Below are positions 1-12,259 of a stretch of 64,000 nt of DNA, one piece after another; position 1 is the stretch's first letter, and the number at the start of each line of letters is the position of its first letter. The stretch lies in NCBI GenBank assembly GCA_002189035.1, contig NEEC01000008.1, forward strand, positions 558,001 to 622,000. The letters run 5' to 3'. The notes beneath the pieces were generated by a model that saw only the letters and a program-made list of their open reading frames with translations, did not search any database and was not told the origin of the DNA. The translations under genes were made by a program, and so were the position numbers. This DNA comes from Utricularia gibba (taxonomy: Eukaryota; Plantae; Magnoliophyta).

Positions 1-1365
1 GGGCCATGGAAACAAAAACGAAAAGAAACTAAGTGTTCTTCCTCCATGAAGGGGAGGAAGAACTCAAAAGTCTAAGTCTACAAAGGAAATGGCCAAAAGT
101 CCCGAAACTAAGTACTCCAAGTGGTTTTTATATGACTTCCCACGTGCATTAACTCCTTTGAGTCCCCTTCCCATCATTCCTTCTGTCTTACATGCGCCAA
201 CAGACTTTCTTTGTGTACAAATTTGTGCCCAATCATTGCTGTAGACTCTGACATGCCATAAGTCATGGGCCTTGACCAGTGTCAGTCTTCCGCCAACAAT
301 CATTCCAACTCGCGTACAAGGCACGAAAACTTAGAGTCTGACCACCTGCAATACTCCTGCAACACTCTATGACAGTCTCCTAATTTGGGAGAAAAAAGAC
401 ATAAAATATACACAAAATGGGAAAATAGGATTTTTCTAGTAAAAATCAAATATTTAATATTAATACTCCTAATTTGAGCGACTTCATACATAATTAACAC
501 ATAATAATACCTAATAATTAACTAGAAAATGATATTTAACATGAAGTGTGTTTGAGACCATATTCCACGCACCCACTTTTGCTCGTGTGAGTGTTTGGGG
601 AAGGTGCCTGAGAAGATTTTCCAAACACCCACTTCCCTTGCGTGGATATCTAGAAAGGGTGTCTGAGGCCATATTCCAAGTTCTTACTTTTGCTCGTGTG
701 GATGTATGGGGAGGATGCGTGAGAGTTGAAACCCTTTCCCAGCACCAACATCAAATTGTGTGGATGTTTCGTAAGGATGTGCACAAATTCTGCTATTAAA
801 ATACAACATGTCTTCCATTCATCTTTAACGCCTTAGTGGGTGCCTAGAGACACTATTTCATGGAGGACACAACGTTTCTGAATTAGTAATCTTCAACTTC
901 ATTTTCACTTGAACTCGAGGACAACGTTTTGATTTCTTTTGATTGCCTCTAGCAAATCCTTTAGACAAATACATGTCTCTAGGGTCTATACGTTCAATTT
1001 GAGACACTTGTGATTAAGAACTCATCTTTCTACACTAAACATACTTTCAGATGTCACTATAAATGTTAAAGGTGTTAGATGATCTTTGGCTATTCTAAGA
1101 AAAATAAGATAAGTAGTAGAATTTTCTTCCACTAATACAAAATATCAAAGTTGTTATCATCAACACCCTCAATAATTGGGGTATTATTGTACAATGTAAT
1201 TTGAATAATTTAAAAAAGATGATGAAGAGGATTAAACAAATGAGTTATATTTCCTACGAATAATGTCCATTGGACTGTGATTGTCAAACATCAAATTATT
1301 ACATGTTTTAGGAATAGGAACACGAAAATCACTATATCTAGAAATAAAAAGGGAATACATAAATT
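1..1365 (-). mobile_element. Decayed Ty1/copia 3' end on the minus strand (RNase H remnant, PPT, LTR-like sequence running off the window start)
   Basis: Minus translation ~1360-1235 DFRVPIPKTCNNLMFDNHSPMDII resembles copia RNase H (xGVPIxxTPxLxCDNxSAI). It is followed on the minus strand by ttattgaggg|tgttgatg (~1175-1155; PPT plus TG start) and a TATA-like tataaaaacc at 132-123. The LTR's far end is not visible. Confidence 0.5.
553..790. repeat. Four diverged ~55-56 bp tandem units, each an imperfect palindrome
   Basis: Units start with tgag at 553, 609, 664 and 720. Units 1 and 3 share ccatattcca...acttttgctcgtgtg...tgggga...tgc.tgaga. Confidence 0.75.
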
Positions 1366-1369
1366 GAAT

Positions 1370-2736
1370 TAGTAGCTCAACATAAATTGGTTCTGGCAAA
1401 TGGATGTTAAATCGATCTTCTGTAATGGGATATTGAAATAAGAAGTGTTTGTGGAACAACCATTAGTATATATCAAAAAGGGAAATGAAAATAAAGTTTT
1501 GAAGTTACACAAATCCCTCAACGGGCTGAAGCAAGCACCACATGCTTGGAATCGGCGAATTGATGCATATCTCAAAGGCATGGAATTTATTCAGTGTCCA
1601 CATGAACACTTATTATACATTCGACAGAAGAACTCACAGAAATGATGATCGTGTGCATCTATGTTGATGATTTATTGGTCAATGGAGGTAGTGAGTCTGA
1701 GATAGCAGAGTTCAAGAAGAGTATGATTGAAGAATTCAAGAAGATTGATGCTGGAAAAATGCATTTTTATTTGGGTATTGAAGTGAACAGTCCATGGAAT
1801 TTTCATCACTCAAGAGTGTATGATGAAGAATTTGTGGGAAAAGTATAGTTTGAGTGACTGTAATTCGATTGAGACCTCTTTAGAATTTAATTTGAAGTTG
1901 AGTTCCAGAGAGAACCATCTCAAAGTGGCCAAGCGGATGCTTTGTTATCTCAAAGGAACGTCCAATTTTGGGATCTGGTATGAGGTTTCTGAACCTTTTG
2001 ATCTTGTGGGTTTTAGTGACAACGATTGGACTGGGAATGTTGATGATTTCAAAAGTACAACTGGGTTTGTATTTTTTCTGGGTGAATCAGCCATTGTGTG
2101 GAATTCTAAGAAGCAACCCATCGTTATTTTGTCAACGTGTGAGGCTGAGTACGTTGCTGTCAGTGCTTGTGTTTTTCACGCAATTTTGCTAAGGTATGTT
2201 CTTCGAAGTCTGGGTTTGGAAAGTGAGAAGCCAAGTGTGGTTCATATTGATAATAAATCTACAATTGCTCTTGGTAAAAATCCTGTTTTCCGTGCTCATA
2301 GTAAGCATATATGGACTTGTTTCCATTTCATTTGTGATTGTGTGGAAGATGGACAAATTGATTTATGTTATGTTAAGAGTGATAATCAGATAGCAGATAT
2401 CTTCACTAAGACTTTGAAGATTGGGACTTTTTTGCATTTGAGGAATCTGACTAGAGTCAAGAAGCTTCTGGTTTATGGGAGGCTGTTGAAGATACACAAG
2501 AAGGCATCTACGAATTAGTTTTTGGAAGTTAGTATGGTTATAGAATAACAATCTCTATTGTAATTGCTTGTACCAGTTTGATAGTTTAGATAAGGATGAT
2601 GAACTACTATATAATGTAAGCAACTCTAATCTGATAGGTGTGTTTAATAAAAATCCACTTCCAAAAAGTGTTTTGTTGTTCTCATTGAGATTCTACGTGG
2701 TGTTCTTCTCTTCTATTTTTTACTCTTCTTCCAACA
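1370..2736 (+). mobile_element. 5'-truncated Ty1/copia retrotransposon (RT-RNase H, PPT, 3' LTR), frameshifted
   Basis: WQMDVKS...NG...EVFVEQP (~1395-1465); KLHKSLNGLKQAPHAW; CIYVDDL (RT catalytic motif); GFSDNDW...STTG, KKQPIV.LSTCEAEY, DNKS.IAL.KNPVF...SKHI and QIADIFTK (RNase H); PPT tatgggaggc at 2474-2483. Confidence 0.93.
2484..2736 (+). repeat. 3' LTR of the plus-strand copia element (~253 bp)
   Basis: Starts TGTTGAA directly after the PPT, contains ctatataat and aataaaa, and ends ttCCAACA. Confidence 0.7.
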
Positions 2737-2960
2737 CCTTCATATGTTCATCAAATATAGTTCCTAGTAACCTCAATTTCATATCTACAGTTTTAATAGT
2801 GTTAGTTAGGCAATCAAACAATTCAATTGCATTGAGTCTTAGCAATCCCAAAGTCCTTCATAGATAGGCTTTTTGAGTAGCCTTTGTTAGTCGTTCCCAT
2901 GCTTCTTTGGGTTTGTTACACTTTAGAATGTATTTGTGCGTTTATCATTACTACTGAATG
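2737..2960 (-). mobile_element. Possible copia gag remnant
   Basis: Minus translation ILKCNKPKEAWERLTK...(stop)...LRLLGTIFDE resembles the copia gag 'KEAWxxL' motif. Weak. Confidence 0.3.
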
Positions 2961-4141
2961 TAACACCGTGCATGCCTTTTTTTTTTCAGGATTTTTAAGC
3001 CTATATTTGTTGATTTCAGTGGCTGGTGGTGTTAGTTCAGTGAAGTATTCCTCCAAATCATTGTTTTGAAGTAATTCTGCATCTTCTTTTACCAAGTATG
3101 AAACTCTTTAGGGTCAGTGAGATAAAGAGTGTGAGTATGATGCTATTTGCATGAGAGTTTGATTTAGAAGAGTAGAACAAACGAAGAAGGCAGTTTGTAT
3201 TTTTCAGGGTTCGGATGAAGAAATTTACAAACTTCAAGTTTGTGTGTGGATGTAGCACAGGAGATACGAAGAAAGGCAGGCTTTGTGATAGTGTGTTCTG
3301 AGGGTTATTTTTCATTATATACGAATTCGAAACTACTTCTATGTATAAAAAAATTGATTGTTGCCTGACACTATGCAGCAAGATTAGCCTCACTAGTCAT
3401 GTAACCGTTCATGGAAGAGTGTTGTGTATAAAGAAGTTGAAAAGTTGTGTTAGGCTTAGAGAAACCTAATTGATTTCATGCACCCATGACTTTTAGCTTG
3501 CATTGTCTCCATCTTCCATCATACTCCCACTGGATTGCATTTTTAATTCTTTCCTCTACCCCTTTTCTTCCATAACGACGATGAACTCCATCAAAAGTTG
3601 TAGTCAAGTTCAACAATGTTGGCATATCATCACAAGGATATGATGCATGTTTATGAATTCTACGCCAGGGATTACCTAGCAGTGTAAATATATATGCTTG
3701 GGCTCTTTCTACTTCAACACGACCATCGGAAAAGATGAAGCTTAGGAAACTAAAGCTCCTGTTAGGTGGATGTTGAATGGCATGGTAGCATCTCCTAATT
3801 TGAACTTAGAAGACAGAATGTGGTTAGAGGGAAGAATCAGCGGCCCAGAAAGCAAGATGCGAAGAAGAGGAAAGAAATGGTGAAAATGAATGGTCCATGT
3901 GGGTTGGGAGGGAAATATCAAACAGGACAGGAACAAAAGATGAAAACAGATGATATGAATTTCGTTAGAGAGCAGAGAGGAGCATTGGCCGGGAGCATGA
4001 CCCTTCCCTTGTCTCACCCTTCTTGTGTAATCGGAGTTCAGTTTGCTTTAAAATTTGTTAATTTAAAACTGTACTAGCTCATAAGGGAATCTATATAACG
4101 AGAGGTCGCTCAAACAACACTGCCTCTGAGTGTAGAGAGTT

Positions 4142-5186
4142 TCAGCCAACAGGCAGATTCTGTGCAGGATGTGGTGCTGCTGCTTTGAAGTCGGAGACTG
4201 TATCCAGCAGATGGTGAGAAGCCTTCTCAAACGAAACGAATCCCATGAACCAGAACTCGTGTCCATCCACAGTCACAATATGAATGTACCTGTCAAACAA
4301 GGGGAACTCAGCACCAAACCAGAAGGCAAATGACTGATCATGTCAACCCAGATTCAACGATACCTCTCGAGCGGATTCTGAGTCATGGTAACGGGATTCA
4401 CTGCCTCTATGTTCCCCAAAGGGATGCTCACCTGTTTCACCATCATTCAGATAATGGAAGCAGTTGGTCTTGCATGAAACATGCTTAAACTGTGTTACCT
4501 TGTAGTAACTCCATATCTGCTGGCCGGAAGGAGCTCGAAAGGATAAGGGGCGATCGCTACAGAAACCCAAGCGCGCCGTGGAGAGGTAGAGAGTTCCAGC
4601 CACGGGACCGGTGGTGGTTGAAAGATAGCAAGCGAACGTCTTCTTCAAGCTCTCGGTGGGATCAACTTGAAATATCTGCTTAAACAGAGACTCAAATCCA
4701 CCTTCCGTCAACGCCTTCGCGGCTAAATTCACTTTCCCCACGCAGCTTCACACACGGAGGGCCCTGTTCTTACTGCATACCGCAAACCCAGTCTTAATGA
4801 GAGCTCAAACCTAAGCTGCAAAAAGATTTGATTTTGAGGATAACGAGATGAGTTTGGCGTTTTTTACAGTTATTCCAGATGTTGTGCGCCAGCTCCTCCG
4901 TGCGACGGCTCCAAGTATTGAATGAATCAACCACGGAGTGAAGAGGGGTGTCGCCAGACCTTGTGATGGGAGTGTAAACCACGTAGGGATGATGAGTGAA
5001 GTAATACTGAGGAGCGGGGCCGCCGGCTTCCCACTGCGCCGCCTGCTGATTGTCGGGATGAACTGTCGGCGCCGCCGGCTCCCCCATCTGATGAGTCCCC
5101 AATTTCTTCCTCACTTCCTCCTCACCGGCTCCAGCGGCGGGGACTCCAGCGGGCTTCTCATGATCGTCTTCCTTGTTTCCAGACAT
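4142..5186 (-). CDS. GEM-like GRAM-domain protein (GEM-related 5 type), 4 exons
   Basis: Exons 5186-4868, 4772-4499, 4431-4364 and 4289-4142, all GT-AG. Motifs: IWNNLRTGPSV.EAAWGKVNL.AKALTEGGFESLFKQIF, LKKTFACYLSTTTGPVAGTLYLS, YIHIVTVDGHEFWFMGFVSFEKA. Confidence 0.93.
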
Positions 5187-5419
5187 GATGGTGGTGACCG
5201 ATGGATCGAACAATACAATCAATCACACAAAAGCGTTTTATAAATACAGAGGAACGGGAAAATCCGGTTGTCAAAGGCTAAACTTAACCGTGTTGTCCTT
5301 TGACTTCATGGCGCCGTACCGGATTTCTAGAACTCGAATAAACAAATGCCTTCGCAATCAGGCCCAATACTGTGTCCGAAGCCCAATGAAGATGCATGAA
5401 TCCAATTCCCGCTTTTACG

Positions 5420-5425
5420 CACGTG
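5420..5425. promoter_or_regulatory. G-box/ABRE core (CACGTG) about 235 bp upstream of the GEM-like start codon
   Basis: tacgCACGTGt. GEM-related genes are known to be ABA-responsive; function of this site is inferred. Confidence 0.4.
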
Positions 5426-5791
5426 TTTGAATAATTGAATTGCACCCAACGTGACATTTATTTCTGTCGGGCACCGTTGCATTCCTAATGCATGAATGAG
5501 TGTGTGATTGTATGATTTAGCATGCCTCGGCGTCGGCCGTCGCCTCATAACCTTTCTGTTTATGAATCACAAGTCCGATTGGCGTTTAATTTTCAAAAAT
5601 TAATCTAAAATATTAATTTCTTCTATGATATTCGGTTATCCTACTAATTTACGTTATTTATATTATCCATTTTACACATACAAAATTCATTCTCTTTACC
5701 GCTATAACATTTTTTACTGATTTAATAAAAAGTAAGCCTATGTTTGAAAACATCCGTAAACCATTTTAGCATAATTGAAAATTCGTATAAA

Positions 5792-5794
<3 letters not shown>

Positions 5795-5830
<36 letters not shown>
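5795..5830. repeat. (AT)18 microsatellite
   Basis: Read directly from the sequence. Confidence 0.95.
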
Positions 5831-5833
<3 letters not shown>

Positions 5834-5931
5834 AGAATAATTATTATAATATGTATTATTTTTTAATGAATGACATATATATCAACAATTATATTTTATA
5901 AAAATATAATAGAACTTTGAATTATATTTTA

Positions 5932-5956
5932 TATTATTATTATTATTATTATTATT
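5932..5956. repeat. (TAT)n microsatellite
   Basis: Read directly from the sequence. Confidence 0.9.
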
Positions 5957-6299
5957 TAACTACATTTGTGTCAAAATTAGAATTCAGAATTAAAGTATTT
6001 GAATAAAAGAAATATGTAATGCAAAATTATTTAACGAATTATATTTTATTTTGAATTATAAATTAAATTTTCATAATAAAATCTTAAAAATTTCTTTTTA
6101 TAGAGAATATATGATATGATGTTTTAAAAAAATAATTCTCATAAAAAATAATTTGGTATATTTTTTAAAGATAGAATAATTTTTAATAATAATATTAATT
6201 CTAGGAATATAGAATTGATTTTCAAATGTTGGTTAACTCTACCATAGATTTCTTTAAACTAGGTAATCAAATATAATATAGTTTAGTATTTTTTGAGGG

Positions 6300-6400
6300 G
6301 ACCCACGTGTAGTACACGCGCACGCGCCGTCGGCTTTTGGTGCTCACCACCGAAAAGGCGGGGGTCAATACTGGGCCCACTGTTGTCCTTTCAAAGCACT
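6300..6400. promoter_or_regulatory. GC-rich island with a G-box, two CE3-like ACGCG motifs and a site-II TGGGCC
   Basis: CACGTG at 6304-6309; acacgcgcacgcgcc at 6314-6328; tgggcc near 6372. Embedded in very AT-rich DNA. Confidence 0.35.
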
Positions 6401-6915
6401 TCATGCCCATTGCCCACCCACCGGCCTTCATCTCTCCACTCGTGGAAATATTGATTATATTTATATTTCATTGTATACATAATATAAGTATTTATGAAAG
6501 AGTAAAATTTCTTTACTTAACAAAAATGTGTTTATAAAATATAATATTTTAGATGACAAAACTAATTTGAATTTATCAAAAATTATAATACATATTAAGA
6601 TAATTAGATGTAATATTTTTTTATTTAAATAAATAAATATGAATTTTTTAGCAATGCTGTAAATTATAATGTAAGATATTTCAATTTAATATAAAATGTT
6701 TCAAAATCACATTCGAGGCCCTATAACCATGAGCATGGGTTAGTCATAAACTATTTGTACAAAATAACATTCAACAACTTCGTCACATGTGTACTCAATG
6801 ATCGGATGCATGAAACATATGTTTTCTTTATATAATTCATCCACAATTTTAGTAGATTCTAAATTACAAAACATACCAAATGTCACATGAGTCATGTGTG
6901 TAGTAATAAGTATAT

Positions 6916-7475
6916 TGATAAGATCAAAGATTCCCAAGATCAAGACAATGAAGATGAGGAAAATATGGATACCAATTCTCCTATCATTTCACTTGATTTA
7001 CTCACAAGATTAAGAGCACGAAAGCATCAAGAACTCTCCAAGAGATTATGGATCAATCAGAAAACTCATGAAACTTGTAACATGAAATTCAATCTTCTCA
7101 AATTGGATCAAGTTGATGGGCCATAACTCTTTAGTTCACTAATAGCACTTTCATTTGAGTAGGCACATTTATTTACCTATATAAGAAGAATCTCACTCTT
7201 GTTTAGTACAATTTTGATGGTAATGACTTTTGAGAGCAATGTTCCTTCTTTGAATTCCTATAGAACTTTAGACTTATCAAGCCTTGCTTGTGATGTATTA
7301 TGTATAGTTTATCACTCTCATTTCCTTCTTGTTTCTGTGAGTGTGGTACCATTTCATAGTTTGGATTGCAAGGATTTTCATTTCTTAAGAGTCAACTTCT
7401 CCTTTCTTGAAGGATTGCTTATTTTGAACCCAAGATTTGGTTTGCTAAACATTTGTTGTTTGGAGGGTCGTATCA
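6916..7475 (+). repeat. 5' LTR of the CRM element (560 bp)
   Basis: tgataagatc...gtatca, followed by the Met-tRNA PBS. Roughly 80-85% identical by eye to 11589-12135. Confidence 0.92.
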
Positions 7476-10400
7476 GGTGGTATCAGAGTCAATCTTTCTC
7501 TTTGGATTGAAAAAAAAAAAAAAAAAAAGAAATCCTTCTTGGTTTGCTCATCTTATCTTTTGTTCCATTTCTGAAAAGAAAACCGAGGGGGAGGGTTCCT
7601 TATTTTTACTTGTTGCATTCTACTCTTTTGATTTGCTAAAAAAAAAAAAAACATGTTGAAGGGAGAAAAAAGATTGGGAACTTGAATCTATTCAATTTTC
7701 TACTTCCCAAACAAAGGAAAAATCAATTTCATTCATGAGTTTTAGAAGTATGGGTCTTTACCAATGTAAGAAGCATTCCAATTTTCAAATTTAAAGGGGT
7801 CATCCTCTTATCTATTTCAAAAAGCAATCCTGTTTTTTTTTACACTTCTACTGTCAATTGCCTCATAAATCTTTTACTATTGTCAGAAGTAACTTTATCT
7901 TCCATCATTCCTATTATAACTCTTAGAAATTTCTTGCTAATTAAACAGGTTTCATTCTATCATTTCCTTAATACTCTTACTTAACCTTGATTGCACTATC
8001 ATCAACAAAACCAACATTGCTCTTTTGTTTTATCTGACTCATTACTCCAGCCACTTATTTCTCTATACCACACTTAGATTAATCAATTAAAACTTATTGA
8101 GTCTTAAAGTTCAAGAGGACTTGAGGATTGGAAATTCTCTCTTTCTTTTCTTCTATCTTTTCTTTCGTTGTTCTCTTTACTTTTCTTTTTTCGTCTACAC
8201 TTTTCCCTTGCTAGTAGGATGTCGAGCTCCAACAACCCTATAAAGAATCAAGTGCTTTGAATGTTTGTTTCTTACTCAATGCAATGCAAAGTGAGTTCAA
8301 GTGATTGTAGAAATGCATAGAGCAAATCCACATCAAAATAAAGAAATATGATGAATCTCTCATGAATATCAAAAAATAAGGAAAGGACAGTGGTTACCAT
8401 GATAGAACCAGAGTTCTAACACATGGTGACAGAAAGAATGTTGAGCTAAATGAAAATTTCAAATCTGATGTTGAAGAGTCTAGGCATGGTGAACGAAGGA
8501 GAAATGACAAAAACAATCATGATGAATCTAGTGGTGATGATATGTAATGAAGATATTAAAGAAATTAGAGGTCAAATCGTTATGGAATACATGATAAAAG
8601 ACCAATAAGAGGACAGACACATGATTACAAAGACTTTGACAACATCAAGATGAAAATTCCTCCTTTCTAAGGGAAGAATGATCCCAATGCCTATTTGGAA
8701 TGAAAGACTCATGTGGAACACATCTTTGATTGCAACAACTATTCTAATGCCTAGAAGATCAAGCTTGTAGTTGTTGAGTTTGCAGAATATGCCATCACTT
8801 GGTGGGACAAGATAGTACTCAATAGAAGACGCAATGATGAGGAACCAATTCGTACTTGGGCTGAGATAAAGAGGATCATGCAGAAGAGATTCATTCCAAG
8901 CCACTATCAAAGAGATCTATATCAAAACTTGCACAAGTTCACTCAAGGGAACAAAACCGTGGAAGAGTATTGGCAAGAAATGGAGATGTTGATGAATCGA
9001 GCCAATATAACAGAAGATAGGGAAGTTACAACGGCAAGATTTCTTAATGGTTTAAACAAGGAAATCTCTTAGGTGGTTGAGTTGTATCACTGTGTGGAGA
9101 TTGAAGACAAGTTGCATGTTGCTCTCAAGATTGAAAAGCAACTAAAGTCCAAGAGACACCATAGATAACATCCAAAAGCTTCAGCTTCGTGGAATGTTGC
9201 TGGAAGTAAGGAGAGGAAACTAGATAATCCTCCATCTGGGAAATCAAGCGACTTTGGACAAAAACAAGAAGGCTTTCATAATGCTAGGAACCACGAAAAA
9301 GGATTCAAGTCTTCTAGACAAACTCGTAATATCAAGTGCTTCAAATGTCTTGGCCATGGTCACATTACCTCAGAGTGCCCGAATAAGAGAACTATGATTT
9401 TGAAGGATTGTGGAGATATTGAATCAAAAGTTGAGAATGAAAGTGAAAGTGAAAGTGAAGTAGAGAAGATGGATGATGGGGAACAATAACTTGTTGTAGG
9501 TGAAAGTTTGGTGAAAAGATGAACTCTAACCATGGATGCTAAACCAATGGAGTAACAACGAGAGAATTTATTTCATACACGTTGCTTTCTACATGGGAAG
9601 GTTTGTAGTTTAATAATTGATGGAGGGAGCTGCACTAATGTTGCTACTTCTCTCATGATGGATAAACTCCAACTTTCTACTCTCAAGCATCCAAATCTAT
9701 ACAGGCTTTAATAGTTGAACGAAGGGAGTGAAGTGAAGGTCACTAAACAAGTTCTTATTGCTTTCCAATTGAAAGGTGCTAGGATGAGGTTTTTTGTGAT
9801 ATAGTGTCAATGCATGTGAGACATATACTTTTGGAAAGGCCTTAGCAATATGATAGGAAGGTGATGTATGATGGGTATACTAACAAGTATTTTTTCTCAA
9901 TAAACGGAAGACCAATCACCTTGATGTCTTTATCTCCTTAAGAGGCACATGAAGATCAATTGAAAATTGATGCTGCTATCATTTTGGTGAGTTGAGAGAT
10001 GAAAACTTGAGAGAAAAAAAAAAAGAAATCTTGAGATAGAAAAAGAATATCAAAAAAATGAGAGTGAAAAGAAAGAGGTGAATAAAGAAGTAATGAGAAA
10101 AAAAAAAGAGATAGAATACCTTATTGCAAAGATGAATGATTTAAAGAGTGTGTTGAATATTGGGAACCCATTTCTTTTGTTCTTGTTTAAAGAATCTTTG
10201 CCACATAACTCTAACCCCCCAAGAGAATTTTCCTACTTGTATTAAACTTGTTTTGAAGGAGTTCAATGATGTTTTTCCTAAAAACTTGCTAGGATTACCA
10301 TCATACTGAGGAATAGAACATCAAATTGATTTTGTTCTAGGTGCTCAAATCCCAAACTGAGCTGCTTAATAGGGCCAACCTAGAAGAAACCAAAGAGATA

Positions 10401-11588
10401 CAACACCAAGTGGAAAAAACTCATGGCCAAGGGGTTGGTGAGGGAAAGTACGAGTCCATACTCAGTTCCAGTGTTATTGGTACTAAAATATGATGGAACA
10501 TGGAGAATGTGCACAAATTATCGAGTCATCAACCAAATAATGGTTTAGTACATCCATCCTATATCTAGGCTTGATGATATGTCAGATGAATTACATAGAT
10601 CATGCATTTTCTCTAAAATTGATTTACGTAGTAGATATCATCAAATTAGGATGAGAAAAGGAAATGAATGGAAGACTGCTTTCAAAACTAAGTTTAGTTT
10701 ATATCAATAGTTGCTGATATCTTTTGGATTGACTAAAGGCATCTAGCACTTTCATGAGATTTATGAATCATGTGATGTAGGAATTTCCGTGAATGAAGAA
10801 AAGGTGAAGGCAATTAGAGAATGGTCAACTCCTTCCATGATTGGTAAAGTACGTAGTTTTCATGGATTGGCTAGTTTCTACTATCGTTTTGTCAAGGATT
10901 TTAGCACACTTGAACAATGTTGTGAAGAAAAATGTTTAATTTTGATGAGAAGAATCACAAGAGCTTGCTTTCAATATACTTAAGGATAAGTTTAGCTCAG
11001 CTCATTTACTTGCATTATCTAATTTTTCTAAAACATTTGAAATTGAATGTGATGCTTTTGAAGTTAGAATAGGTGTTGTTCTAATGCAAGGAAGTCGATC
11101 TATTGCCTACTTCAATGAAAAGTTGGGTGAAGCTTCTCTCAATTACCCAACTTATGATAAGAAATTCTATTCATTGATAAAATCACTTGAAACTTAGAAA
11201 CATTATCTTTGACACAAGGAATTTGTTATCCATACAGACCATGAAAGTTCGAAACACGTCAAGGGTCAAAGGAATCTCAATAGGAGACATGCAACATGGG
11301 TATAGTTCATTGATACATTTGCTTATATCATCAAATACAAGAAAGGTTTAATGTAGATGTATTGTCACAAAAGGTAGTTATTTTTGGTTACTCTTAATAC
11401 TCAAATTTTTGAATTTTTGACAATAAATGAATTTTATAGTCTTAATCAAGATTTTAAGGATATTTATCTTTTATGTGAGCATAAACCTTACGAATACTTC
11501 CATATGAAAGATGATTTCATTTTCAAGAAGAACAAGTTATGCACTCTTCAATGTTTAATTCGTGAGTTTTTGGTAAAAAAAGGGGGGA

Positions 11589-12135
11589 TGATGAGATCAA
11601 GGATTTCCTAGATCTAGACAATGAAAATGAGGAAAATATGAACACCAATCCTCCTATCATTTCATTTGGGCCACTCACAAGATCAAGAGTACGAAAGCAC
11701 CAACTCCTCAAAGAATTATGGACCAATTAGGAAACTCATAAAACTTGTGGCATGAAATTCAATCTTCTCAAATTGGATCAAGTTGATGAGTCATAACTCT
11801 CTAGTTCACTAATAGTACTTTCATTTGAATAAGTTCATTTATCTACATATAGAAGAAAGGTTTTATTGATGTTTAGGACAACTTTGATGGTAATGACTTT
11901 TGAGAGCAATGTTTCTTCTTTGAGTTTTTGTAGAATTTTAGACTTATCAAACCTTATTTGTTGTGTCTAGTATGTGATTTATTACTCTCATTTTTTTCTT
12001 GTTTCTATCATTTCATAGTTTGAGTTGCAAAGATTTTCATTTTTCTAGAGCCAATTTCTCCTTTTTTTGAAGGATTGCTTCTTTTAAATCCAAGATTTGG
12101 TTTGCCAAACACTTGTTGTTTGGAGAATTGTATCA
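11589..12135 (+). repeat. 3' LTR of the CRM element (547 bp)
   Basis: tgatgagatc...gtatca, preceded by the PPT. Confidence 0.92.
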
Positions 12136-12139
12136 TATG

Positions 12140-12219
12140 TGTTAGAACTTATTCTAATTTAAGGGCCTATATCTATGTATTAAATATTATCCTTAATTCA
12201 AATAATAATAAATTGATCA

Positions 12220-12259
<40 letters not shown>

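Larger units (their letters stand above)
6916..12135 (+). mobile_element. Ty3/gypsy LTR retrotransposon of the CRM (centromeric chromovirus) type; degenerate, internally deleted, both LTRs present
   Basis: TG...CA LTRs at 6916-7475 and 11589-12135; PBS tggtatcagag at 7478-7488; PPT aaaaaagggggga ending at 11588; flanks TATAT/TATGT (4/5 TSD). gag: EF..YA..WWDK...RRRN.EEPI.TWAE.K..M.KRF.PSHY.RDL, QG.K.VEEY..EMEMLM.RAN. Zinc knuckle CFKCLGHGHITSEC (~9335-9380); protease IIDGGSC (~9615); RT and RNase H fragments with many stops. Confidence 0.95.

Noticed and set aside
553-790. CRISPR-like appearance of palindromic repeats
   Set aside because: The units are contiguous and diverged, with no unique spacers and no cas genes, in a eukaryotic TE context.
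3742-4077. 85-91 aa ORFs downstream of the GEM-like gene
   Set aside because: No recognisable motif or splice structure; the length is within chance expectation.
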